From: Eledone cirrhosa
Taxonomy: Eukaryota
Length of the DNA stretch: 64,000 nucleotides
NCBI GenBank assembly: GCA_964016885.1
Contig: OZ024741.1
Coordinates: 211,792,001 to 211,856,000 of the forward strand
Direction of reading: 5' to 3'
Below are positions 39,031 to 51,700 of this stretch, in pieces; position 1 is the first letter of the stretch, and every line of letters starts with the position of its first letter. The notes under the pieces are model-generated. The model did not search any database, was not told the DNA's origin, and saw only the letters and a list, made by a program, of their open reading frames with translations. The translations under genes and the position numbers were made by a program.

Positions 39031-42000
39031 GTTATTTTTGTTGGTGTTGTCATTGTTGTTGATGTTGTTATTGTTGTTGATGTTGTCATTGTTGTTGATG
39101 TTGATATCGTTGTTGATGTTGTTATTGTTGATGTTGTTATTGTTGTTGATGTTGTTATTGTTGTTGATGTTGTTATTGTTGTTGATGTTGTCATTGTTGT
39201 TGATGTTGTCATTGTTGTTGATGTTGTCATTGTTGTTGATGTTGTTATTGTTGTTGATGTTGTCATTGTTGTTGATGTTGTCATTGTTGTTGATGTTTTC
39301 ATTGTTGTTGATGTTGTTATTGTTGTTGATGTTGTTATTGTTGTTGATGTTGTTATTGTTGTTGATGTTGTCATTGTTGTTGATGTTGTTATTGTTGTTG
39401 ATGTTGATATTGTTGTTGATGTTGTTATTGTTGTTGTCATTGTTGTTGATGTTGTCATTGTTGTTGGTGTTGTCATTGTTGTTGGTGTTGTCATTGTTGT
39501 TGATGTTGTTATTGTTGTTGATGTTGTTATTGTTGTTGATGTTGTTATTGTTGTTGGTGTTGTCATTGTTGTTGATGTTGTTGATGTTGTTATTGTTGTT
39601 GATGTTGTTATTGTTGTTGATGTTGTTATTGTTGTTGATGTTGTTATTGTTGTTGATGTTGTCATTGTTGTTGATGTTGTTATTGTTGTTGATGTTGTTA
39701 TTGTTGTTGATGTTGTTATTGTTGATGTTGTTATTGCTGTTGATGTTGTCATTGTTGTTGATGTTGTTATTGTCGTTGATGTAGTCATTGTTGTTGATGT
39801 TGTCATTGTTGTTGATGTTGTTATTGTTGTTGATGTTGTCATTGTTGTTGATGTTGTCATTGTTGTTGATGTTGTCATTATTGTTGATGTTGTTATTGTT
39901 GTTGATGTTGTTATTGATGTTGATGTTGTCATTGTTGTTGATGTTTTCATTCTTGTTGATGTTGTTATTGTTGTTGATGTTGTTATTGTTGTTGGTGTTG
40001 TCATTGTTGTTGATGTTGTTATTGTTGTTGATGTTGTTATTGTTGTTGATGTTGTTATTGTTGTTGATGTTGTCATTGTTGTTGATGTTGTTATTGTTGT
40101 TGATGTTGTTATTGTTGTTGATGTTGTTATTGTTGTTGATGTTGTCATTGTTGTTGATGTTGTTATTGTTGTTGATGTTGTCATTGTTGTTGATGTTGTT
40201 ATTGTTGTTGGTGTTGTCATTGTTGTTGATGTTGTTATTGTTGTTGATGTTGTTATTGTTGTTGATGTTGTCATTGTTGTTGATGTTGTCATTGTTGTTG
40301 ATGTTGTTATTGTTGTTGATGTTGTCATTGTTGCTGATGTTGTTATTGTTGTTGGTGTTGTCATTGTTGTTGATGATGTTATTGTTGTTGATGTTGTTAT
40401 TGTTGTTGATGTTGTCATTGTTGTTGATGTTGTCATTGTTGTTGATGTTGTTATAGTTGTAGATGTTGTTATTGTTGTTGATGTTGTTATTGTTGTTGAT
40501 GTTGTCATTGTTGTTGATGTTGTTATTGTTGTTGATGTTGTTATTGTTGTTGCTGTTGTCATCGTTGTTGATGTTGTTATTATTGTTGATGTTGTTATTG
40601 TTGTTGATGTCGTTATTGTTGTTGATGTTGTTATTGTTATTCATGTTGTTATTGTGGTTGATGTTGTTATTGTTGATGATGTTGTTATTGTTGTTGATGT
40701 TATTATTGTTGTTGATGTTGTCATTGTTGTTGATGTTGTCATTGTTGTTGATGTTTTCATTGTTGTTGATGTTGTTATTGTTGTTGATGTTGTCATTGTT
40801 GTTGATGTTGTTATTGTTGTTGATGTTGTTATTGTTGTTGTCATTGTTGTTGATGTTGTCATTGTTGTTGGTGTTGTCATTGTTGCTGGTGTTGTCATTG
40901 TTGTTCATGTTGTTATTGTTGTTGATGTTGTCATTGTTGTTGATGTTGTTCTTGTTGTTGATGTTGTCATTGTTGTTGATGTTGTTATTGTTGATGTTGT
41001 TATTGTTGTTGATGTTATCATTGTTGTTGATGTTGATATCGTTGTTGATGTTGTTATTGTTGATGTTGTTATTGTTGTTGATGTTGTTATTGTTGTTGAT
41101 GTTTTTATTGTTGTTGATGTTGTCATTGTTGTTGATGTTGTCATTGTTGTTGATGTTGTCATTGCTGTTGATGTTGTTATTGTTGTTGATGTTGTCATTG
41201 TTGTTGATGTTGTGTTGTTGATGTTTTCATTGTTGTTGATGTTGTTATTGTTGTTGATGTTGTTATTGTTGTTGATGTTGTTATTGTTGTTGATGTTGTC
41301 ATTGTTGTTGATGTTGTTATTGTTGTTGATGTTGTTATTGTTGTTGATGTTGTTATTGTTGTTGTCATTGTTGTTGATGTTGTCATTGTTGTTGGTGTTG
41401 TCATTGTTGCTGGTGTTGTCATTGTTGTTGATGTTGTTATTGTTGTTGATGTTGTCATTGTTGTTGATGTTGTTATTGTTGTTGATTTTGTTATTGTTGT
41501 TGATGTTGTTATTGTTGTTGATGTTGTTATTGTTGTTGATGTTGTCATTGTTGTTGATGTTGTTATTGGTGTTGATGTTGTTATTGTTGTTGATGTTGTC
41601 ATTGTTGTTAATGTTGTTATTGTTGTTGATGTTGTTATTGTTGTTGATGTTGTTATCGTCGTTGATGTTGTTATAGTTGTTGATGTTGTCATTGTTGTTG
41701 GTGTTGTCATCGTTGTTGGTGTTGTCATTGTTGTTGATGTTGTTATTGTTGCTGATGTTGTCATTGTTGTTGATGTTGTCATTGTTGTTCATGTTGTCAT
41801 TATTGTTGATGTTGTTATTGTTGTTGATGTTGTTATTGTTGTTGATGTTGTCATTGTTGTTAATGTTGTTATTGTTGTTGATGTTGTTATTGTTGTTGGT
41901 GTTGTCATTGCTGTTGATGTTGTTATTGTTGTTGATGTTGTTATTGTTGTTGATGTTGTTATTGTTGTTGATGTCATTGTTGTTGATGTTGTTATTGTTG

Positions 42001-45000
42001 TTGATGTTGTCATTGTTGTTGATGTTGTTATTGTTGTTGGTGTTGTCATTGTTGTTGATGTTGTTATTGTTGTTGATGTTGTTATTGTTGTTGATGTTGT
42101 CATCGTTGTTGATGTTGTCATTGTTGTTGATGTTGTTATTGTTGTTGATGTTGTCATTGTTGTTGATGTTGTTATTGTTGTTGATGTTGTCATTGTTGTT
42201 GATGTTATTGTTGTTGATGTTGCTATTGTTGTTGATTTTTTTATCGTCGTTGATGTTGTTATAGTTGTTGATGTTGTCATTGTTGTTGATGTTGTTATTG
42301 TCGTTGATGTTGTCATTGTTGTTGATGTTGTCATTGTTGTTGATGTTGTTATTGTTGTTGATGTTGTTATTGTTGTTGATGTTGTCATTGTTGTTGATGT
42401 TGTCATTGTTGTTCATGTTGTCATTATTGTTGATGTTGTTATTGTTGTTGATGTTGTTATTGTTGTTGATGTTGTCATTGTTGTTGATGTTTTCATTGTT
42501 GTTGATGTTGTTATTGTTGTTGATGTTGTTATTGTTGTTGATGTTGTTATTGTTGTTGATGTTGTCATTGTTGTTGATGTTGTTATTGTTGTTGATGTTG
42601 TCATTCTTGTTGATGTTGTCATTGTTGTTGGTGTTGTCATTGTTGTTGATGTTGTTATTGTTTATGATATTGTTATTGTTGTTGATGTTGTCATTGTTGT
42701 TGATGTTGTTATTGTTGTTGATGTTGTTATTGTTGTTGATGTTGTCATTGTTGTTGATGTTGTCATTGTTGTTGATGTTGTTATTGTTGTTGATGTTGTC
42801 ATTGTTGTTGATGTTGTTATTGTTGTTGATGTTGTTATTGTTGTTGATGTTGTCATTATTGTTGATGTTGTTATTATTGTTGATGTTGTTATTGTTGTTG
42901 ATGTTGTTATTGTTGTTGATGTTGTTATTGTTGTTGATGTTGTTATTGTGGTTGATGTTGTTATTGTTGATGTTGTTATTGTTGTTGATGTTGTCATTGT
43001 TGTTGATGTTGTTATCGTTGTTGATGTTGTTATTGTTGATGTTGTTATTGTTGTTGATGTTGTTATTGTTGTTGATGTTGTCATTGTTGTTGATGTTGTC
43101 ATTGTTGTTGATGTTTTCATTGTTGTTGATGTTGTTATTGTTGTTGATGTTATTATTGTTGTTGATGTTGTCATTGTTGTTGGTGTTTTCATTGTTGTCG
43201 ATGTTGTTATTGTTGTTGATGTTGTTATTGTTGTTGGTGTTGTCATTGTTGTTGATGTTGTTATTGTTGTTGATGTTGTTATTGTTGTTGATGTTGTCAT
43301 TGTTGTTGATGTTGTTATTTTTGTTGGTGTTCTCATTGTTGTTGATGTTGTCATTGTTGTTGATGTTGTTATTGTTGGTGATGTTGTTATTGTTGATGTT
43401 GTTATTGTTGTTGATGTTGTCATTGTTGTTGATGTTGTTCTTGTTGTTGATGTTGTCATTGTTGTTGATGTTGTCATTGTTGTTGATGTTGTTATTGTTG
43501 TTGATGTTGTCATTGTTATTGATGTTGTTATTGTTGTTGATGTTGTTATTGTTGATGTTATTATTGTTGTTGATGTTATCATTGTTGTTGATGTTGATAT
43601 CGTTGTTGATGTTGTTATTGTTGATGTTGTTATTGTTGTTGATGTTGTTATTGTTGTTGATGTTGTTATTGTTGTTGATGTTGTCATTGTTGTTGATGTT
43701 GTCATTGTTGTTGATGTTGTCATTGTTGTTGATGTTGTTATTGTTGTTGATGTTGTCATTGTTGTTGATGTTGTCATTGTTGTTGATGTTTTCATTGTTG
43801 TTGATGTTGTTATTGTTGTTGATGTTGTTATTGTTGTTGATGTTGTTATTGTTGTTGATGTTGTCATTGTTGTTGATGTTGTTATTGTTGTTGATGTTGA
43901 TATTGTTGTTGATGTTGTTATTGTTGTTGTCATTGTTGTTGATGTTGTCATTGTTGTTGGTGTTGTCATTGTTGTTGGTGTTGTCATTGTTGTTGATGTT
44001 GTTATTGTTGTTGATGTTGTCATTGTTGTTGATGTTGTTATTGTTGTTGATGTTGTTATTGTTGTTGATGTTGTTATTGTTGATGTTGTTATTGCTGTTG
44101 ATGTTGTCATTGTTGTTGATGTTGTTATTGTCGTTGATGTTGTCATTGTTGTTGATGTTGTCATTGTTGTTGATGTTGTTATTGTTGTTGATGTTGTTAT
44201 TGTTGTTGATGTTGTCATTGTTGTTGATGTTGTCATTGTTGTTGATGTTGTCATTATTGTTGATGTTGTTATTGTTGTTGATGTTGTTATTGTTGTTGGT
44301 GTTGTCATTGTTGTTGATGTTGTTATTGTTGTTGATGTTGTTATTGTTGTTGATGTTGTTATTGTTGTTGATGTTGTCATTGTTGTTGATGTTGTTATTG
44401 TTGTTGATGTTGTCATTGTTGTTGATGTTGTTATTGTTGTTGATGTTGTCATTGTTGTTGATGTTGTTGGTGTTGTCATTGTTGTTGATGTTGTTATTGT
44501 TGTTGATGTTGTTATTGTTGTTGATGTTGTCATTGTTGTTGATGTTGTCATTGTTGTTGATGTTGTTATTGTTGTTGATGTTGTCATTGTTGCTGATGTT
44601 GTTATTGTTGTTGGTGTTGTCATTGTTGTTGATGATGTTATTGTTGTTGATGTTGTTATTGTTGTTGATGTTGTCATTGTTGTTGATGTTGTCATTGTTG
44701 TTGATGTTGTTATTGTTGTTGATGTTGTTATTGTTGTTGATGTTGTTATTGTTGTTGATGTTGTCATTGTTGTTGATGTTGTTATTGTTGTTGATGTTGT
44801 TATTGTTGTTGATGTCATTGTTGTTGATGTTGTTATTATTGTTGATGTTGTTATTGTTGTTGATGTTGTTATTGTTGTTGATGTTGTTATTGTTATTCAT
44901 GTTGTTATTGTGGTTGATGTTGTTATTGTTGATGATGTTGTTATTGTTGTTGATGTTATTATTGTTGTTGATGTTGTCATTGTTGTTGATGTTGTCATTG

Positions 45001-45769
45001 TTGTTGATGTTTTCATTGTTGTTGATGTTATTGTTGTTGATGTTGTTATTGTTGTTGATGTTGTCATTGTTGTTGATGTTGTTATTGTTGTTGATGTTGT
45101 TATTGTTGTTGATGTTGTTATTGTTATTGATGTTGTTATTGTTGTTGAGGTTGTCATTGTTGTTGATGTTGTTATTGTTGTTGATGTTGTTATTGTTGTT
45201 GATGTTGTTATTGTTGTTGTCATTGTTGTTGATGTTGTCATTGTTGTTGGTGTTGTCATTGTTGTTGGTGTTGTCATTGTTGTTGATGTTGTTATTGTTG
45301 TTGATGTTGTCATTGTTGTTGATGTTGTTATTGTTGTTGATGTTGTTATCGTTGTTGATGTTGTTATTGTTGTTGATGTTGTTATTGTTGTTGATGTTGT
45401 TATTGTTGATGTTGTTATTGCTGTTGATGTTGTCATTGTTGTTGATGTTGTTATTGTCGTTGATGTTGTCATTGTTGTTGATGTTGTCATTGTTGTTGAT
45501 GTTTTCATTGTTGTTGATGTTGTTATTGTTGTTGATGTTGTTATTGTTGTTGATGTTGTTATTGTTGTTGATGTTGTCATTGTTGTTGATGTTGTTATTG
45601 GTGTTGATGTTGTTATTGTTGTTGATGTTGTCATTGTTGTTGATGTTGTTATTGTTGTTGATGTTGTTATTGTTGTTGATTTTGTTATCGTCGTTGATGT
45701 TGTTATAGTTGTTGATGTTGTCATTGTTGTTGATGTTGTTATTGTTGTTGATGTTGTTATTGTTGTTGA

Positions 45770-48700
45770 TGCTGTTATTGTTGTTGATGTTGTTATTGTT
45801 TGTTGATGTTGTTATTGTTGTTGATGTTGTTATCGTTGTTGATGTTGTTATTGTTGTTGATGTTGTTATTGTTGTTGATGTTGTTATTGTTGATGTTGTT
45901 ATTGCTGTTGATGTTGTCATTGTTGTTGATGTTGTTATAGTCGTTGATGTTGTCATTGTTGTTGATGTTGTCATTCTTGTTGATGTTGTTATTGTTGTTG
46001 ATGTTGTTATAGTCGTTGATGTTGTCATTGTTGTTGATGTTGTTATAGTCGTTGATGTTGTCATTGTTGTTGATGTTGTCATTCTTGTTGATGTTGTCAT
46101 TGTTGTTGATGTTGTCATTCTTGTTGATGTTGTTATTGTTGTTGATGTTGTTATTGTTGTTGATGTTGTTATTGTTGTTGATGTTGTCATTGTTGTTGAT
46201 GTTGTCATTGTTGTTCATGTTGTCATTATTGTTGATGTTGTTATTGTTGTTGATGTTGTTATTGTTGTTGATGTTGTCATTGTTGTTGATGTTTTCATTG
46301 TTGTTGATGTTGTTATTGTTGTTGATGTTGTCATTGTCGTTGATGTTGTTATTGTTGTTGATGTTGTCATTGTTGTTGATGTTGTTATTGTTGTTGGTGT
46401 TGTCATTGTTGTTGATGTTGTTATTGTTGTTGATGTTGTTATTGTTGTTGATGTTGTCATCGTTGTTGATGTTGTCATTGTTGTTGATGTTGTTATTGTT
46501 GTTGATGTTGTCATTGTTGTTGATGTTGTTATTGTTGGTGATGTTGTTATTGTTGATGTTGTTCTTGTTGTTGATGTTGTCATTGTTGTTGATGTTGTCA
46601 TTGTTGTTGATGTTGTTATTGTTGTTGATGTTGTCATTGTTGTTGATGTTGTTATTGTTGTTGATGTTGTTATTGTTGATGTTGTTATTGTTGTTGATGT
46701 TTTCATTGTTGTTGATGTTGATATCGTTGTTGATGTTGTTATTGTTGATGTTGTTATTGTTGTTGATGTTGTTATTGTTGTTGATGTTTTTATTGTTGTT
46801 GATGTTGTCATTGTTGTTGATGTTGTCATTGTTGTTGATGTTGTCATTGCTGTTGATGTTGTTATTGTTGTTGATGTTGTCATTATTGTTGATGTTGTTA
46901 TTGTTGGTGATGTTGTTATTGTTGATGTTGTTATTGTTGTTGATGTTGTCATTGTTGTTGATGTTGTTCTTGTTGTTGATGTTGTCATTGTTGTTGATGT
47001 TGTCATTGTTGTTGATGTTGTTATTGTTGTTGATGTTGTCATTGTTGTTGATGTTGTTATTGTTGTTGATGTTGTTATTGTTGATGTTGTTATTGTTGTT
47101 GATGTTATCATTGTTGTTGATGTTGATATCGTTGTTGATGTTGTCATTGTTGTTGATGTTGTCATTGCTGTTGATGTTGTTATTGTTGTTGATGTTGTCA
47201 TTGTTGTTGATGTTGTTATTGTTGTTGATGTTGTTATTGTTGTTGATGTTGTTATTGTTGTTGTCATTGTTGTTGATGTTGTCATTGTTGTTGGTGTTGT
47301 CATTGTTGCTGGTGTTGTCATTGTTGTTGATGTTGTTATTGTTGTTGATGTTGTCATTGTCGTTGATGTTGTTATTGTTGTTGATTTTGTTATTGTTGTT
47401 GATGTTGTTATTGTTGTTGATGTTGTTATTTTTGTTGATGTTGTCATTGTTGTTGATGTTGTTATTGGTGTTCATGTTGTTATTGTTGTTGATGTTGTCA
47501 TTGTTGTTGATGTTGTTATTGTTGTTGATGTTGTTATTGTTGTTGATGTTGTTATCGTCGTTGATGTTGTTATTGTTGTTGATGTTGTCATTGTTGTTGA
47601 TGTTTTCATTGTTGTTGATGTTGTTATTGTTGTTGATGTTGTTATTGTTGTTGGTGTTGTCATTGTTGTTGATGTTGTTATTGTTGTTGATGTTGTTATT
47701 GTTGTTGATGTTGTTATTGTTGTTGATGTTGTCATTGTTGTTGATGTTGTTATTGTTGTTGATGTTGTTATTGTTGTTGATGTTGTTATTGTTGTTGATG
47801 TTGTCATTGTTGTTGATGTTGTTATTGTTGTTGATGTTGTTATTGTTGTTGATGTTGTTATTGTTGTTGATGTTGTCATTGTCGTTGATGTTGTTATTGT
47901 TGTTGATGTTGTTATTGTTGTTGATGTTGTCATTGTTGTTGATGTTGTCATTGTTGTTGGTGTTGTCATTGTTGCTGGTGTTGTCATTGTTGTTGATGTT
48001 GTTATTGTTGTTGATGTTGTCATTGTTGTTGATGTTGTTATTGTTGTTGATTTTGTTATTGTTGTTGATGTTGTTATTGTTGTTGATGTTGTTATTGTTG
48101 TTGATGTTGTCATTGTTGTTGATGTTGTTATTGGTGTTGATGTCGTTATTGTTGTTGATGTTGTCATTGTTGTTAATGTTGTTATTGTTGTTGATGTTGT
48201 TATTGTTGTTGATGTTGTTATCGTCGTTGATGTTGTTATAGTTGTTGATGTTGTCATTGTTGTTGATGTTGTTATTGTTGTTGATGTTGTTATTGTTGTT
48301 GATGCTGTATTTGTTGTTGATGTTGTTATTGTTGTTGATGTTGTTATTGTTGTTGATGTTGTTATCGTTGTTGATGTTGTTATTGTTGTTGATGTTGTTA
48401 TTGTTGTTGTCATTGTTGTTGATGTTGTCATTGTTGTTGGTGTTGTCATCGTTGTTGGTGTTGTCATTGTTGTTGATGTTGTTATTGTTGTTGATGTTGT
48501 CATTGTTGTTGATGTTGTCATTGTTGTTGATGTTGTCATTGTTGTTCATGTTGTCATTATTGTTGATGTTGTTATTGTTGTTGATGTTGTTATTGTTGTT
48601 GATGTTGTCATTGTTGTTAATGTTGTTATTGTTGTTGATGTTGTTATTGTTGTTGGTGTTGTCATTGTTGTTGATGTTGTTATTGTTGTTGATGTTGTTA

Positions 48701-51700
48701 TTGTTGTTGATGTTGTTATTGTTGTTGATGTCTTTGTTGTTGATGTTGTTATTGTTGTTGATGTTGTCATTGTTGTTGATGTTGTTATTGTTGTTGGTGT
48801 TGTCATTGTTGTTGATGTTGTTATTGTTGTTGATGTTGTTATTGTTGTTGATGTTGTCATCGTTGTTGATGTTGTCATTGTTGTTGATGTTGTTATTGTT
48901 GTTGATGTTGTCATTGTTGTTGATGTTGTTATTGTTGTTGATGTTGTCATTGTTGTTGATGTTATTGTTGTTGATGTTGCTATTGTTGTTGATTTTTTTA
49001 TCGTCGTTGATGTTGTTATAGTTGTTGATGTTGTCATTGTTGTTGATGTTGTTATTGTCGTTGATGTTGTCATTGTTGTTGATGTTGTCATTGTTGTTCA
49101 TGTTGTTATTGTTGTTGATGTTGTTATTGTTGTTGATGTTGTCATTGTTGTTGATGTTGTCATTGTTGTTCATGTTGTCATTATTGTTGATGTTGTTATT
49201 GTTGTTGATGTTGTTATTGTTGTTGATGTTGTCATTGTTGTTGATGTTTTCATTGTTGTTGATGTTGTTATTGTTGTTGATGTTGTTATTGTTGTTGGTG
49301 TTGTCATTGTTGTTGATGTTGTTATTGTTGTTGATGTTGTTATTGTTGTTGATGTTGTTATTGTTGTTGATGTTGTTATTGTTGTTGATGTTGTTATTGT
49401 TGTTGATGTTGTCATTGTTGTTGATGTTGTTATTGTTGTTGATGTTGTCATTCTTGTTGATGTTGTCATTGTTGTTGGTGTTGTCATTGTTGTTGATGTT
49501 GTTATTGTTTATGATATTGTTATTGTTGTTGATGTTGTCATTGTTGTTGATGTTGTTATTGTTGTTGATGTTGTTATTGTTGTTGATGTTGTCATTGTTG
49601 TTGATGTTGTCATTGTTGTTGATGTTGTTATTGTTGTTGATGTTGTCATTGTTGTTGATGTTGTTATTGTTGTTGATGTTGTTATTGTTGTTGATGTTGT
49701 CATTGTTGTTGATGTTGTTATTATTGTTGATGTTGTTATTGTTGTTGATGTTGTTATTGTTTTTGATGTTGTTATTGTTGTTGATGTTGTTATTGTGGTT
49801 GATGTTGTTATTGTTGATGTTGTTATTGTTGTTGATGTTGTCATTGTTGTTGATGTTGTTATCGTTGTTAATGTTGTTATTGTTGATGTTGTTATTGTTG
49901 TTGATGTTGTTATTGTTGTTGATGTTGTCATTGTTGTTGATGTTGTCATTGTTGTTGATGTTTTCATTGTTGTTGATGTTGTTATTGTTGTTGATGTTGT
50001 TATTGTTGTTGATGTTGTCATTGTTGTTGGTGTTTTCATTGTTGTCGATGTTGTTATTGTTGTTGATGTTGTTATTGTTGTTGGTGTTGTCATTGTTGTT
50101 GATGTTGTTATTGTTGTTGATGTTGTTATTGTTGTTGATGTTGTCATTGTTGTTGATGTTTTTATTTTTGTTGGTGTTCTCATTGTTGTTGATGTTGTTA
50201 TTGTTGTTGATGTTGTCATTGTTGTTGATGTTGTTATTGTTGTTGATGTTGTTATTGTTGGTGATGTTGTTATTGTTGATGTTGTTATTGTTGTTGATGT
50301 TGTCATTGTTGTTGATGTTGTTCTTGTTGTTGATGTTGTCATTGTTGTTGATGTTGTCATTGTTGTTGATGTTGTTATTGTTGTTGATGTTGTCATTGTT
50401 ATTGATGTTGTTATTGTTGTTGATGTTGTTATTGTTGATGTTGTTATTGTTGTTGATGTTATCATTGTTGTTGATGTTGATATCGTTGTTGATGTTGTTA
50501 TTGTTGATGTTGTTATTGTTGTTGATGTTGTTATTGTTGTTGATGTTTTTATTGTTGTTGATGTTGTCATTGTTGTTGATGTTGTCATTGTTGTTGATGT
50601 TGTCATTGTTGTTGATGTTGTTATTGTTGTTGATGTTGTCATTGTTGTTGATGTTGTCATTGTTGTTGATGTTTTCATTGTTGTTGATGTTGTTATTGTT
50701 GTTGATGTTGTTATTGTTGTTGATGTTGTTATTGTTGTTGATGTTGTCATTGTTGTTGATGTTGTTATTGTTGTTGATGTTGTTATTGTTGTTGATGTTG
50801 TTATTGTTGTTGATGTTGTCATTGTTGTTGATGTTGTTATTGTTGTTGATGTTGTCATTGTTGTTGATGTTGTTGGTGTTGTCATTGTTGTTGATGTTGT
50901 TGATGTTGTTATTGTTGTTGATGTTGTTATTGTTGTTGATGTTGTCATTGTTGTTGATGTTGTTATTGTTGTTGATGTTGTTATTGTTGTTCATGTGGTT
51001 ATTGTTGTTGATGTTGTTATTGTTGTTGATGTTGTCATTGTTGTTGATGTTGTCATTGTTGTTCATGTTGTCATTATTGTTGATGTTGTTATTGTTGTTG
51101 ATGTTGTTATTGTTGTTGATGTTGTCATTGTTGTTGATGTTTTCATTGTTGTTGATGTTGTTATTGTTGTTGATGTTGTTATTGTTGTTGGTGTTGTCAT
51201 TGTTGTTGATGTTGTTATTGTTGTTGATGTTGTTATTGTTGTTGATGTTGTTATTGTTGTTGATGCTGTTATTGTTGTTGATGTTGTTATTGTTTGTTGA
51301 TGTTGTTATTGTTGTTGATGTTGTTATCGTTGTTGATGTTGTTATTGTTGTTGATGTTGTTATTGTTGTTGATGTTGTTATTGTTGATGTTGTTATTGCT
51401 GTTGATGTTGTCATTGTTGTTGATGTTGTTATAGTCGTTGATGTTGTCATTGTTGTTGATGTTGTCATTCTTGTTGATGTTGTTATTGTTGTTGATGTTG
51501 TTATAGTCGTTGATGTTGTCATTGTTGTTGATGTTGTTATAGTCGTTGATGTTGTCATTGTTATTGATGTTGTCATTCTTGTTGATGTTGTCATTGTTGT
51601 TGATGTTGTCATTCTTGTTGATGTTGTTATTGTTGTTGATGTTGTTATTGTTGTTGATGTTGTTATTGTTGTTGATGTTGTCATTGTTGTTGATGTTGTC

